A DNA stretch of 63,051 bases, counting the filler, from Stramenopiles sp. TOSAG23-6 (Eukaryota), in NCBI GenBank assembly GCA_900128565.1. It is 9 parts of 9 records of this genome, joined end to end, with 100 filler letters (N's around TTAATTAATTAA, not from the genome) between each part and the next. Parts side by side here need not be neighbours in the genome. Positions count along the whole stretch, not along the records: positions 49,183 to 56,074 come from LT636633.1; positions 56,175 to 63,051 come from LT636634.1; 7 more parts are not named here. One strand, written 5' to 3'. The notes beneath the pieces are model-generated. The model was not told where the DNA came from, did not search any database, and was given only the letters and a program-made list of their open reading frames with translations. Of the stretch, positions 49,260-60,155 are shown piece after piece. A program made the translations under genes and the position numbers. Within the stretch, counting starts at the first letter, position 1, and each line of letters opens with the position of its first letter.

Positions 49260-49635
49260 AATATTCAAGGTGCAAAACAACCTAGATTTATGCATATTGG
49301 TTCAAAAAAAACAATTCGTTATAAAAATCGTATTATTCTACCGAATTCAGGTTCTGGCAAAATTATTGGACAAATATGTTTTATTTTTTTTTTTAACAAA
49401 AAAATCGAATTTATTTTTTTCATACGAAATTTTGTACCTAACAAAAAATTTTAAAATTTTTTTGAAATATTTTTCCAAAATACAAGATGATAATGCTTTG
49501 TGTTTCAAATTGATCATTGAAGGAGTTTGTATGAATTTAGGTATATGGTGGTTTTCTGCAGCATTAAGAGGTGGACCTAAAATATTACCTGTGGTCAATG
49601 TTGATACAAAAGAAAGAAATCAGTCAAAACAATGA
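49260..49635 (+). CDS. Last two exons of an unidentified gene; AT-AA intron 49374-49485
   Basis: KIIGQ|DDNALCF joins ORFs 49236 and 49270 in frame. Confidence 0.6.
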
Positions 49636-49745
49636 TTAGGTATGAAAAAATGGTACGGAATCCACTGAATATCTATCGAACCAAAACAAAAAGATCTAAA
49701 ATATATAATATTGTATAGTAATAAATGATAAGGATTCATACTTTT

Positions 49746-50216
49746 TTAATTGTGTACGACAAGTTGTAATTGACCTTTCTTCACTCGGAATCTTGAACCA
49801 GAAGAAAAATTGGACGATTTCAATTTGATAAGCTGTTGACAATCGTCCAAGGCTCGCGAAGGTCGTGTACAGTGATCAACACAGATTTGTGGCATACTAT
49901 TTGCTATACATTTTTCACATTCTTTAATTACATCTTCCTGATCTGGTTGTTGAGGATTTAGATTAAACATACCGAGATCATACAATTCAATTGAGCGACA
50001 AATGTGAAAGCATACATTATCATCCTGGTTTATAAATGGTTTCCCAGGCCTCCAGTCGCTTGGGGCAATGTGAGCCCCTTCTCTAGGTTGAACACAATAA
50101 AATTTCTTTTGTAACTTGCAATCTTCACATCCCTGTACTATACTTCCCATTTGGCTATATACATAAGATGGACAGAATATAAATACAATGAATATAGCCA
50201 AACTTATCGTATACAT
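49746..50216 (-). CDS. Small secreted Cys-rich protein
   Basis: Signal-peptide-like N-terminus; CEDC, CFHIC, CEKC, CVDHC. Confidence 0.7.
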   Translation of the reverse strand: MYTISLAIFIVFIFCPSYVYSQMGSIVQGCEDCKLQKKFYCVQPREGAHIAPSDWRPGKPFINQDDNVCFHICRSIELYDLGMFNLNPQQPDQEDVIKECEKCIANSMPQICVDHCTRPSRALDDCQQLIKLKSSNFSSGSRFRVKKGQLQLVVHN

Positions 50217-50476
50217 TCTAATACATTATTTTAACTAATAAATACAGTAGAGTAGATGAAACTTTTTTTCAGTCAATTTTTTTTCAAAAGCGAAAGAAGA
50301 AAAAAAAAGAGAGAAGGAAAAAAAAGAAAAAACTTCTGCACAAACATGTCTCTCTTCGTCTTTGTCTTTGCGCTTCGTAAAAAAAAGTTTCTTTGGAGTT
50401 TCTTTCTCTTTGTGTTCGCTTCGAAATTCGAAAATTAAATCTCTCACTCAAAACACGACAACATTCATTCTTCAAC

Positions 50477-51346
50477 ATGGTAGATTCAGCATCCGATATG
50501 TTTTCCAACATTCCTGTTGTAACACGCACTTTATTATGTGTTTCTCTACTTACAACGACATTATGTACTCTAGGTTTGGTACAGCCTATAGATCTATATC
50601 TGGATTGGAATCTCGTCTGGTATCGTTTTCAGTTATGGCGTTTGTTTACCTGCTTTATTTTCTTTGGGAAATTCAGTTTCCCATTTGTATTTCAAATGTA
50701 TATGCTGTATTCATATTCCAATAGATATGAGCAAGCTCCATATTCCACTACACCGGGGCAGATTCAGGGCAGAACTGCTGACTATGCGTACATGTTGTTA
50801 TGGGGAATGCTCATTAGTGCCATGGTTGCTTTTTTTCTTGGCGAACCTTTTCTTGGTCCAAGTTTAGTTTTTATGATTATGTATGTATGGAGTCGTAAAA
50901 ACGCGAATCAACCAGTTTCGTTGTTTGGTATTAATTTTATGGGTATGCACCTTCCGTGGGTGATGCTTGTGTTCTCTATACTCATTGGAAACTCTCCCGT
51001 AATGAATATTCTTGGTATGTATGTTTTATTTTTTTCAAATTTGAAGTTTTTTTTTTTTTTGGTTTTCATACGAAAATTTGTACCTAACAAATTTTTTTTA
51101 GATTTTTTTTGAAATATTTTTCCAAAATACATCATTGCTGGTCATGTTTATTTCTTTCTAATGACAGTGATTCCTGCAAAATATGGATATAATTTAATAA
51201 AGACACCAGAACTATTATGTAATTTCTTTGAAGCTGGTCAATATACATATGCAACGACACCATCAGGAAATATAGTTCGTGGTCAAAGACCTCAGACGAG
51301 ACATCAATGGGGAGGTGGTCGAGCTCTTGGAGGAGGTGCTGATTGA
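50477..51346 (+). CDS. DERL: Derlin (ERAD); GT-AT intron 51019-51132
   Basis: IPVVTR, QLWRLFT, YVWSRKN, LPWV, ILGI|IAGHVYFFL, SHP-like WGGGRALGG. Confidence 0.95.
51019..51132 (+). other. Family intron, GT-AT (prototype)
   Basis: GGT AT|GTATGTTTT..CATACGAAAATTTGTACCTAAC..GAAATATTTTTCCAAAATACAT|C ATT GCT GGT CAT. Confidence 0.88.
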
Positions 51347-51536
51347 TTGACTAGTTAGCCCTAGGTAGCGTTTCAATAAAAAAAAAAAGGAAAAAAAAAA
51401 TAAGAGGTGATAAGAAACCATAGTAAAAGTAGTAAGAAGATTTACATTTAAAATTTTCCTTAAAGAAAGATATGGTAAAAGTAAAATAAGTAAAAAAAAA
51501 AAAAGAATTTATATTTTTTTACAACTTTTACATTTT

Positions 51537-51971
51537 TTACATGAGTTTTTTAACACGGATATCCAGAGGTCCAAAGATCCCTTTGTGTACATTAATATTT
51601 GCATCAAACCATTCCTTTACTTCTGAATGGCCGCTGTTGATAAATACACTAGCAAGTCTTGGGCTCAACTTTAGTTTATTGAGAATCCGACCGAGTAGTG
51701 CAACTACAAGTCGTAGGGGAAGATTGCGAACATCTTGAAGATCGTCACAGTGATTAGCAAGACAATCAAGACAAATTTCAGACAATGAAGGTATTGAAAC
51801 TATTTGTGGAGTCAACTGTATAGATGTCGAACTAATTCCTCTCCCTATTTGAGTAGTATCTTCTGTTGATAGTAAATTTAGTCGTTCTTTTGTCGTTTTT
51901 TCTGGATTTTTTCTTTCCAATGATAAATTTTCTAGTGAAGCATCTATTATAATACCTTTTCGGCTATGCAT
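51537..51971 (-). CDS. Hypothetical protein with IPSLSEICL (BC-box-like) motif
   Basis: 144-aa ORF. Confidence 0.55.
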   Translation of the reverse strand: MHSRKGIIIDASLENLSLERKNPEKTTKERLNLLSTEDTTQIGRGISSTSIQLTPQIVSIPSLSEICLDCLANHCDDLQDVRNLPLRLVVALLGRILNKLKLSPRLASVFINSGHSEVKEWFDANINVHKGIFGPLDIRVKKLM

Positions 51972-52386
51972 TTACTCGTATAAAAAGCTACACAATCTGT
52001 GATATGTATGCACCTGGTATATCCATTTATCGTTAGTATTTACACTTTTAAAAGTTTCCACTGTGCAAAAATATACGTATTGCAAAATTATTATTTGTTT
52101 GTTGTTTACTGAATAAATAGCCTCTGGAAAATTGTATAAAATTGATCCATCATCATCATCATCAAAATCTAAGAAAAAAAAACACGAAATATGAGATTCC
52201 AGGATGAAAGCAAAAGTCGTTTTGAAAACCGAAACGACACGTACAAAACGTTACAGTCATCCCCCGTACCAACAACACCCGACAAGTTGCTGAGCAACCA
52301 GATCTTTTGTTCTTGACAGAAACATTCAAATTCAAATTCAAAACATAGAGCTTCAGTGACAAAAAATAGACAGTTCTTGATACACG

Positions 52387-54012
52387 ATGGTTTTGAACTA
52401 TTGTTTTAACTATGATGACGATGAGAATATTCATCGAGGCTGTGACCAGGAGAGTTCAACACCGGAAGGCGACAACTCCAATAATGTTAGAAATGTCTCA
52501 ACACATGAAAGACAAATTAGAAGAATTCCGCGACTGAAATGTAATATTATCAAGTGGTTAAAACTTCTCCTACCACTGATAATTTTGACACTTGCTGGTA
52601 TACTTGCTGTAAAACTTAGTGGTGATTCAATACTTGTCGTTGGAGAATATATGGAAGATAACAAACCTGTTTCATGTATGATATATGTTGTAGTATTTAC
52701 ATTAGCTGTGTCCTGCTGTTTATCTAGTTCAGTATTTACGATACTGGGCGGATATATCTTTGGATTTTTTCAAGGCTTTTTATTATCTCTTATCTCGATG
52801 GTATGTTCGATGTTTTTAGCCTTTTTTATCATTCGGGTATGTATTGGACGTCGTCAGGGAGGCTGCTGTAAAAAAACAAAAAAAACAAAAAAAACAAAAA
52901 AAACAAAAAAAACAAAAAACAACNATCATAGAGAATTAGTCTTATGTGATTCACCATCAAACGTTTTATGCGATTCGGCTTCAAAAGTATCTCCAGAGAA
53001 AATAAGTGAGTATATTTTTGATACTACTACATTACGTGGACGAATGAGAAATTGGTTAATCAAAGAATATTTTAGTTTGAAAGTTTTAGAAGATTTAATG
53101 AAAACACGACCGATTTATGCCATTGTCATGATTCGTTTAACATATATTCCAACATTTGCAAAAAATTATGGTGTAGCAATTCTAGATGCACCTGTTAAAG
53201 AGGCAATGTATGCAACAATCATATCTAGTATTTACTCATCAGTCATTTGGGCATATATGTAAGTTATCAATGGTATCAATGTAGAATTTAAATTTTTTTT
53301 TTTAGAATTTTTTTAGAATTTTTTTTTTTTTAGACTTTTAATTTTTAAATTTGTACCTAAACAATTTTACATTTTTTTTTTAAATATTGTCTCAAAACAC
53401 AGGGGAAGCGCTACGGAGTCAATGGTGGATACTCTCAACGAATCAAGTCCAAATGAAGATGACAGCATTGCTCAACAGATTCTTGAGTTTTCACCGATAC
53501 TTTGCTCTTGTTTTTTTACACTAGCAATGATTTTTGTATGTAACCCTAATCAATGTGCAATGTATTTTTTACAATGAAAATTTTGTATCCACTAACATTT
53601 TTTTTTTGTTTAAAAAATAAAAATATTTTTTCACAATATATATAGTGCGACGTAAAGTTAAGCAAGCCATCGATAGAGCTAGACTTCAGGTTCAAGAGGA
53701 GAGTCAAAGTCAAATTCCAAATAATATGTACGTTTTATTTTTTTTCAACAAAAAAATCGATTTTTTTTTTCGTACGAAATTTTGTACCTAACGATTTTTT
53801 TTTTGAATATTTTTCCAAATAATATTGCTCAAAGCCCTGTAAATATCACTGAAAATCTTCTTATTACTCCGATGCAGAATACTGCCATAAAATCCATCAA
53901 ACCACCGAGTCTAACAAAACCACCCAGTGAACAATCACATTGTGAAACTGTAGAGATACAACCAAAAAGTCAAAATCGTGTTGTAATTCCGCCACCGAAT
54001 TGTCCTGTGTAA
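52387..54012 (+). CDS. VTT/DedA (TMEM64/TVP38-like) membrane protein; introns 53259-53402 (GT-AG), 53536-53641, 53728-53825 (GT-AT)
   Basis: GGYIFGFFQG, IRLTYIPTFAKNYG, WAYM|GS. Confidence 0.85.
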
Positions 54013-54197
54013 AAATACAATATTATTCATATAAGTAGTAGGAAAAGTAAAACATATTTCAAATAGCTATTAGGTATAGATTTTTCAACGGAAAAAAACA
54101 ACTTTATACAATTATTCAATTGTTTAATAAAATTGAAGTATATTTATTATTATATATTATATATTGAGTGGTGTTTTAAACAATTTTTTAAATGGTT

Positions 54198-54737
54198 TTA
54201 ATGGTTTACTGGTTTTAAATTGTCTCCATTTTTATCAACTAGTTGAATAGACCCAGTTTTATCGTCAAAATCTACCGTAGCTCCAAGAACTTGAAGTTCA
54301 GCTCGCCGAGTAATGTATACTGTTAATCCATCTATAATATCTACTTTAAAATCTTTGGTATCCACATCAGGTTCTCTTACAAAATCAAACGAAAATGCCA
54401 TTTCTAAGCCTTTTGGTATGTAATCTAAGCGGATTCCTGCGACTGGAGGCATTCCTTCTACAGAGCGCAATTTTATAGCTTCCTTGAAGAATAAAGAAGC
54501 TCTATCGGACACAAATATTGGAGAGGGTAATGGTCGTCGTGTACGTGTTGACGTAGTAGAATTTTTCTTTTTATCATCAGTAATTGTAGTGAAATGATGT
54601 CGTCGTGGAGAGAAGCTTCTAGATAAAGTTTTCAAATATTGCACTGAAAACGGTACATAAGTACGGCATTGATATGTTTTTTGTACATTGTTACGTAGTA
54701 TTTCACATACAAGTTTAGAGCATTTGAAATGAAGCAT
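54198..54737 (-). CDS. Mitochondrial HesB/IscA-like fold protein lacking the conserved cysteines
   Basis: Presequence; PIFVSDRA..GIRL..FSFDFV..GLTVYI..A..VLGATVDF. Confidence 0.55.
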   Translation of the reverse strand: MLHFKCSKLVCEILRNNVQKTYQCRTYVPFSVQYLKTLSRSFSPRRHHFTTITDDKKKNSTTSTRTRRPLPSPIFVSDRASLFFKEAIKLRSVEGMPPVAGIRLDYIPKGLEMAFSFDFVREPDVDTKDFKVDIIDGLTVYITRRAELQVLGATVDFDDKTGSIQLVDKNGDNLKPVNH

Positions 54738-54877
54738 CTATTCTTGAAAGAAAGAGTTCTCTCCGTTCCGCAAGAATAAAATTATAACTCACACGCACTT
54801 CGTGTCTGTGAGTGTGACGCATAAATATTATTAGGGTTAGGGTTTGCAATTGGCAGTCAAAATTACATTAAAAAAAT

Positions 54878-56074
54878 TCAAATTTGTTTTTTTATCATTC
54901 GAATACTTCTTATAAATAACGTCTTTAAATTGGTTTGTTGCATAGTTATAAAATCTATAGAGTATCTAGAAGAATTGTTGTCGATATAAACAATATTAGG
55001 ACAATCAGGAGCATTTTTTTTATCTTTTTTATATTTTTTATCTTTTTCATCTTTTTCATCTTTTTTATATTTTTTATCTTTTTCATCTTTTTTATCTTTT
55101 TTATCTTTTTCATCTTTTTTATCTTTTTCATCTTTTATATATGAGATAAACTTTTGATCTATTTGAAACATCACTTTTGTATTATATTGACACCACCCCT
55201 TTTCACCCCGATTTATTTTGGAATAATATTTGTTTTTTGTTTTTTGTTTTTTGTTAGGTACAGAAATAAAAAAAACAATGAAAATATGTTTTTGTTAGGT
55301 ACAAAATTTCGTATGAAAAAAAATCAAAATTTGAATAGGGAAAACATACATCAAACTCCCAAATTCTCTTATACCATTTATCATTATCTATATTAGTTAC
55401 AACTGCATCATCCAATTGTAGATATTTTGACTTCTTTTGTATTGTTGATGGACTATTTGACTCTAACCCTAACCCTAATCCTACAGGTTTATACACTTTA
55501 TATACATATTTCGTACCTAATGAACCTTTAATGTTCTGATCCGTAAAAGTACTACTACTACTAGGGTTAGGGCTATACTGAAAATGAAATTTATTTTTTT
55601 TATCAAACTGTATCAAAATATTCATTTTGTTTATATCAATATTTGGTTTTGTATCAATGACACAATTTGTCAAAGAAACAAAAACATTTCTATCAACATG
55701 AATTTTGACACTTTCACCAAAATTTTCCACAATTTGACAATTTTCAATCATTGCACTTGAATGACCAGTTACTTCTATTGCAGCATTAGTTATAGATTTC
55801 GTGTTTGTAAATGTACTTGTTGTAGCTACTACTTTTGAATTAGCGTATATATACAAACAACGAACAACACAGGAAGAAAAAATATATTTCGTGATAATAT
55901 TCCATTTTTTTTAACTTTGTTAGGAATAACATAGTATGAAACGTAATAAGAAGGAAAAAAACAGTAACATTCATGATGAAAACTAAAATGAAAAAAAAAA
56001 AAATTGTAAAAAAATTGTAAAAAAAATTGTAAAAAATTGTAAAAAATTGTAAAAAATTGTAAAACATACAAAAG
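54878..56074 (-). CDS. Partial gene with beta-helix-like repeat and DKK/DEK low-complexity tail; family introns starting at 56069 and 55349
   Basis: AAIEVTGHSSAMIENCQIVEN; exact acceptors unresolved. Confidence 0.5.
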
Positions 56075-56174
56075 NNNNNNNNNNNNNNNNNNNNNNNNNN
56101 NNNNNNNNNNNNNNNNNNTTAATTAATTAANNNNNNNNNNNNNNNNNNNNNNNNNNNNNNNNNNNNNNNNNNNN

Positions 56175-57396
56175 ATGTATTTTGGAAAAATATTTCAAAA
56201 AAAAACTAAAAAAAATTGTTAGGTACAAAATTTTTATAAAAAACCAAAAAAAAAAAAATCGATTTTTTGTAAAAAATAAAATAAAACATACAAACCCTTT
56301 GTAGTAAAATATCTGAATTATCAATGACAACATTTTTTTTTTTCATACCTAATTTTGTACTATTTTTTGTATTTTCTGTATTTTTTGTATTTTTTGTATT
56401 TTTTGTATTTTTTTTTTCTGTAGGTGTTGTAGGTTCTCGCCAATGAGAACCTGCACAACGATTTAACTGAAAAGCACCAATTTTTTTTGTATGAGGAATA
56501 TGAGGTCCTCTACATAAATCAATAAATCGACCATTTCGATACGCTGTTATGACATCACCTTTAGGAATAGCATTGATTAATTGTATTTTAAATGGATTAT
56601 CAGAAAATAATAATAGAGCTTCCTCTCTTGTTATTTCTAACCGAAAAAAATTTTGTTTTTCACTTGTAATTGATTTTACAATTTTTTCAATTTCTTCAAA
56701 ATTTTCATCACTAACTGTTGAACCATTTTTTGTATTAAATTCATAAAAAAAACCACCTGTACCATCTACTTCATATGTAGACGAGTCAACTAAAGGTGGT
56801 CCATGGGTTAGGTGAACACTTCCATCAGGAAAAAGTGTCTCAATGGCTTGTCCTAAACAATGCGAAGCCGAATGCCAAAATGTAGCTTGGCCTTCTTTTG
56901 AATCAAAGTTCAATAATTCAACTTGGAGAGGTTTCGAGTCACCGTCACCATCATCATTGTCTATTGATATTGGTACTGATAGATCCTGTAATTTTCCATT
57001 CACTCTAGCAACTAAAGCACTGCCAATTTTATTACCTAATAATGAAGAAACAGAGTCGAAACCAGCGACACCTTTGTATATCTTTTCTGAGTTATTTAAC
57101 TGTATTGACACTGTCCTATCTTTATTAGTATTATTACAAGATATATCATGAACATTACGCGATTTCATGATATCATCCCATACTGAAATACGAGTGTCAA
57201 TAACTGACCTTGAAGAAGAAGAAGAAGAAGAAGTGTCTGTGCTCATGGAACACTTACCCCCGGGTTGAATGGAGGGCGACGACGTACGTGAAATATATAC
57301 GGACGAAGAGCCATGGAACAACTTCTTTCCACGAATAGAAGGTGATGCTATCCAATGAGATATCATTGGTGTGCGTAATCTACAAAGGCATGACAT
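56175..57396 (-). CDS. TARS: Threonyl-tRNA synthetase N-terminal half with organellar presequence; GT-AT intron 56175-56291
   Basis: TGS (ALVARVNGKLQDL), FWHSASHCLGQA, FIDLCRGPHIP, LLQRV|Y. Confidence 0.93.
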
Positions 57397-57712
57397 GTTT
57401 CGGTACGAAGTTTTCAAAAAATGTAATACATTCGTAATGTACTTTACTGACTGAAAGCTCGAGGTTTGTCCTGGCACCACGTGTTGAACTTGATGATGAT
57501 GTTTTCGTGTTTTTCGTTTGACCTCGACGACCTCTTGTGTGATTTTCGTTTTTCGTGTAGTAAGGTCAGATGATATATCATATATGATATAGGCCAGATT
57601 GTATTGGATAGCAAATTTCTTCAATTTATTTAAGCTAATATTATTTTCATATTAGCGAGATTTCTATTCAAATGAATCGAATTTTTTAGTTCCTTATTAT
57701 TCCATTGTTCCC

Positions 57713-58123
57713 ATGCCTTCTCATGGTAAAGTGTATGCAATTTCAGAAATAGTTGGTTCCTCATCAACGGGTGCTCCGGTAGTTGAGTGCGGTGCATCCG
57801 TACGTACATCTGGTAAAGTCACTAAATATGATGCACGTCTAGATGAAGTAACTATTGAGAGTGACGTCTATCTTACAGATAAAACCCATAGTGTAGATAA
57901 GGTATTTTGTCTAGTCGTGGATACGTCACTAGTGAGTGGTGGAACAATACCTTTTGCGATTGGGTCAAAGTTAGAATTTATTGGGGAAATTCAGACGAAA
58001 AAGAACTCGAAAGAACGTATTTTAGTATCAAGGACAGTCCAAAATATCGACCAGCGAGATGATGATCTCTTTTACAAAGCTCTAAAAATCAAACGCAGAT
58101 ATTTGAAAACACTGGGACTGTAG
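57713..58123 (+). CDS. TEN1: CST complex subunit TEN1-like OB-fold protein
   Basis: GASVRTSGKVTKYD..VDTSLV..GSKLEFIGEI..SRTVQNID..LFYKAL. Confidence 0.7.
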   Translation: MPSHGKVYAISEIVGSSSTGAPVVECGASVRTSGKVTKYDARLDEVTIESDVYLTDKTHSVDKVFCLVVDTSLVSGGTIPFAIGSKLEFIGEIQTKKNSKERILVSRTVQNIDQRDDDLFYKALKIKRRYLKTLGL

Positions 58124-58435
58124 CAGTATAGCTACGTATTATTTGTTAAATATAAAATATTTTGAAAAAGTAACTCTGTTGAAAATCGTCGAAAATAGAA
58201 ACAAAAAACAAAAAACAAATTGTGATCATTATTTTATTCTCAAACGTTTTCTTTGCTTAGTCAATTCTTTATTCTTTTTCCATCAAAATTTTGATGATTG
58301 TATCAAGTTTTTAATGTATATAAACATCACTAAAACACCTTGGAGTATTTCCATACAAAATATAACTTTCGGTAAGTCAAACACGTACACCCAAGTGCTA
58401 AGGTCTGTACAACATTATTTAGCGTTATGGGTTCA

Positions 58436-59749
58436 TTATAAGTTCAGCCGCAGATTACAATGATTAAGATTTTGACATAACTTTTGAAGATTATGGAATA
58501 ATAACCTTTTTGCTAATTTGTCATAATGGCATGAATACTTTTCATGTGTGACTATATTTAGATCAACTAACAATAAAACACGCATTTCTCCATCATCATC
58601 AAGATTTTGAAGTAATTGCTTCACTGCTTCGCCGTTAAGCATCCTCGTATCCTGTTTATTCACAGACAGTAAATATAGTCCGTGTAAACGTGAACCAATA
58701 TTGTTGTCATCAATGTATAATCGAACAATGTTTCCGCCCGTGCACCTAGATGTTATTCCCAACAAGTGTATTCCATCTGGAAGAGGTTCTAACGAAAACT
58801 TCATACCACTAATTCGCCCTTGAGGAAGCATCACACGTATGAAGCCACTATCCTTTATGTTTGCTTTAAGCTCCATTAATGCAAGATCAGTATCTACATG
58901 AAGTTCAATTTTAATACTATCATCAAAATTGAATTTTTTACTTTGTTTCATTGAGTTGGAATATCGCTCATGTTTACTAACTTTTTTGGAACATTCACTT
59001 GGTAGGATTTTGGTTGCAATTCCAGTTTTCGTTAGTCTTCTCCCCAACGATTGTGTAATCCTGTTACAATTATTTTCTTTTACTTCAAAAATATCGTTTC
59101 TATTTTTTTTTTTAGGAATAATTGGGTTATAATCCGAAGCTAGTTGGGTAAGGGCGTCAGTTAGAATACTTATGCATTTTGTATTTGTTTGAAAAATCGG
59201 GGATTCCACATGTGACACATGTGTATTTTTTGGCTTTAGTGTTGGAGTTGCTACTGAAGCTTGGACAATTTTTTTATCAGTAGTTTCTGAAGAATGAAAA
59301 CTCGATGTTTTATCTTTTGTTTCTTCGTCGATACTTTTGCACATCTTTTGTAAATCAACTTCAACCTTTGGGCTGTTTGAATCGGATGGCGATTTTTCTA
59401 CTAATGGAGGTAATGGTGGAGGAGGTGGTGGGATATCATCTAACCAGGAATCGTCCTCATCACTTTGTGAAATCTTAATTTCTTCTGGAGCATGGCCGTC
59501 CATAATTGCAAAAAGACAACTCATTCCGCGCAATTCAAAAAACGAATCATTTTTTTTACTTTCCGCGTTTTTCATATGCCTATCAGTGTCTATTTGACTT
59601 GATTTTATCACTTGTTTACTCATGTGGACGGGTTTATTTTCCGCACTTATTTTAATATTTGTGAGTGTTTTACGAGCTGAAACTACTGACTTTGCTATAC
59701 TTTCTATCTGAGACCGTTTTTTTTTTTTTTTCTGTTGATGTATCTTCAT
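58436..59749 (-). CDS. Hypothetical protein, Pro-rich with PDZ-like C-terminal segment
   Basis: 437-aa ORF; LYLLSVNKQDTRML..AVKQLL. Confidence 0.6.
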   Translation of the reverse strand: MKIHQQKKKKKRSQIESIAKSVVSARKTLTNIKISAENKPVHMSKQVIKSSQIDTDRHMKNAESKKNDSFFELRGMSCLFAIMDGHAPEEIKISQSDEDDSWLDDIPPPPPPLPPLVEKSPSDSNSPKVEVDLQKMCKSIDEETKDKTSSFHSSETTDKKIVQASVATPTLKPKNTHVSHVESPIFQTNTKCISILTDALTQLASDYNPIIPKKKNRNDIFEVKENNCNRITQSLGRRLTKTGIATKILPSECSKKVSKHERYSNSMKQSKKFNFDDSIKIELHVDTDLALMELKANIKDSGFIRVMLPQGRISGMKFSLEPLPDGIHLLGITSRCTGGNIVRLYIDDNNIGSRLHGLYLLSVNKQDTRMLNGEAVKQLLQNLDDDGEMRVLLLVDLNIVTHEKYSCHYDKLAKRLLFHNLQKLCQNLNHCNLRLNL

Positions 59750-60155
59750 ATTAAAATTCTTTTCTTCTCAAGAGTTTCGCATAAGTGATTTTCAGCTATC
59801 TTTTGAATTTTATTTGCAGAAGCAGTTATGCTTATCCTTCTTTGGTGTCAATGTTTTACTTTATTACCTTTCAATGTAAATATCATCATAATACCAATAG
59901 AATGTGTAGTCACTGTATACGGTATCACTCTCTCGATCTCTCCGTAACTGAACCGCTTTGATGTGATATAAAAAATGCCGACAAACCTGCTATATCATAC
60001 CACTTCAGTTTCATGAATCATGAAAAACGTCATGAAAAATGACATCAAACCAATTTGAACATTTGAACCACACTTCCCCCCCTCCTTTTACATAAAATAA
60101 ATTTTACTTTGGAAGAAAGGACGAGCCATTGTCCATCAGTGAAATTTGAATTTAA

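Noticed and set aside
51017-51130. Reading the family as U12-type AT-AC introns (AT GTAT...ATAC)
   Set aside because: No RTATCCTT donor or TCCTTAAC branch site; the -2 register gives variable ends (TT, AG, CT, AC starts; TC, TT, CC ends) while GT and AT/AG are conserved in the 0 register. RNA data would settle it.
57713-58123. Link between TEN1 and the interstitial telomeric repeats as a local system
   Set aside because: The repeats are dispersed over unrelated contigs; co-occurrence in this window is incidental.
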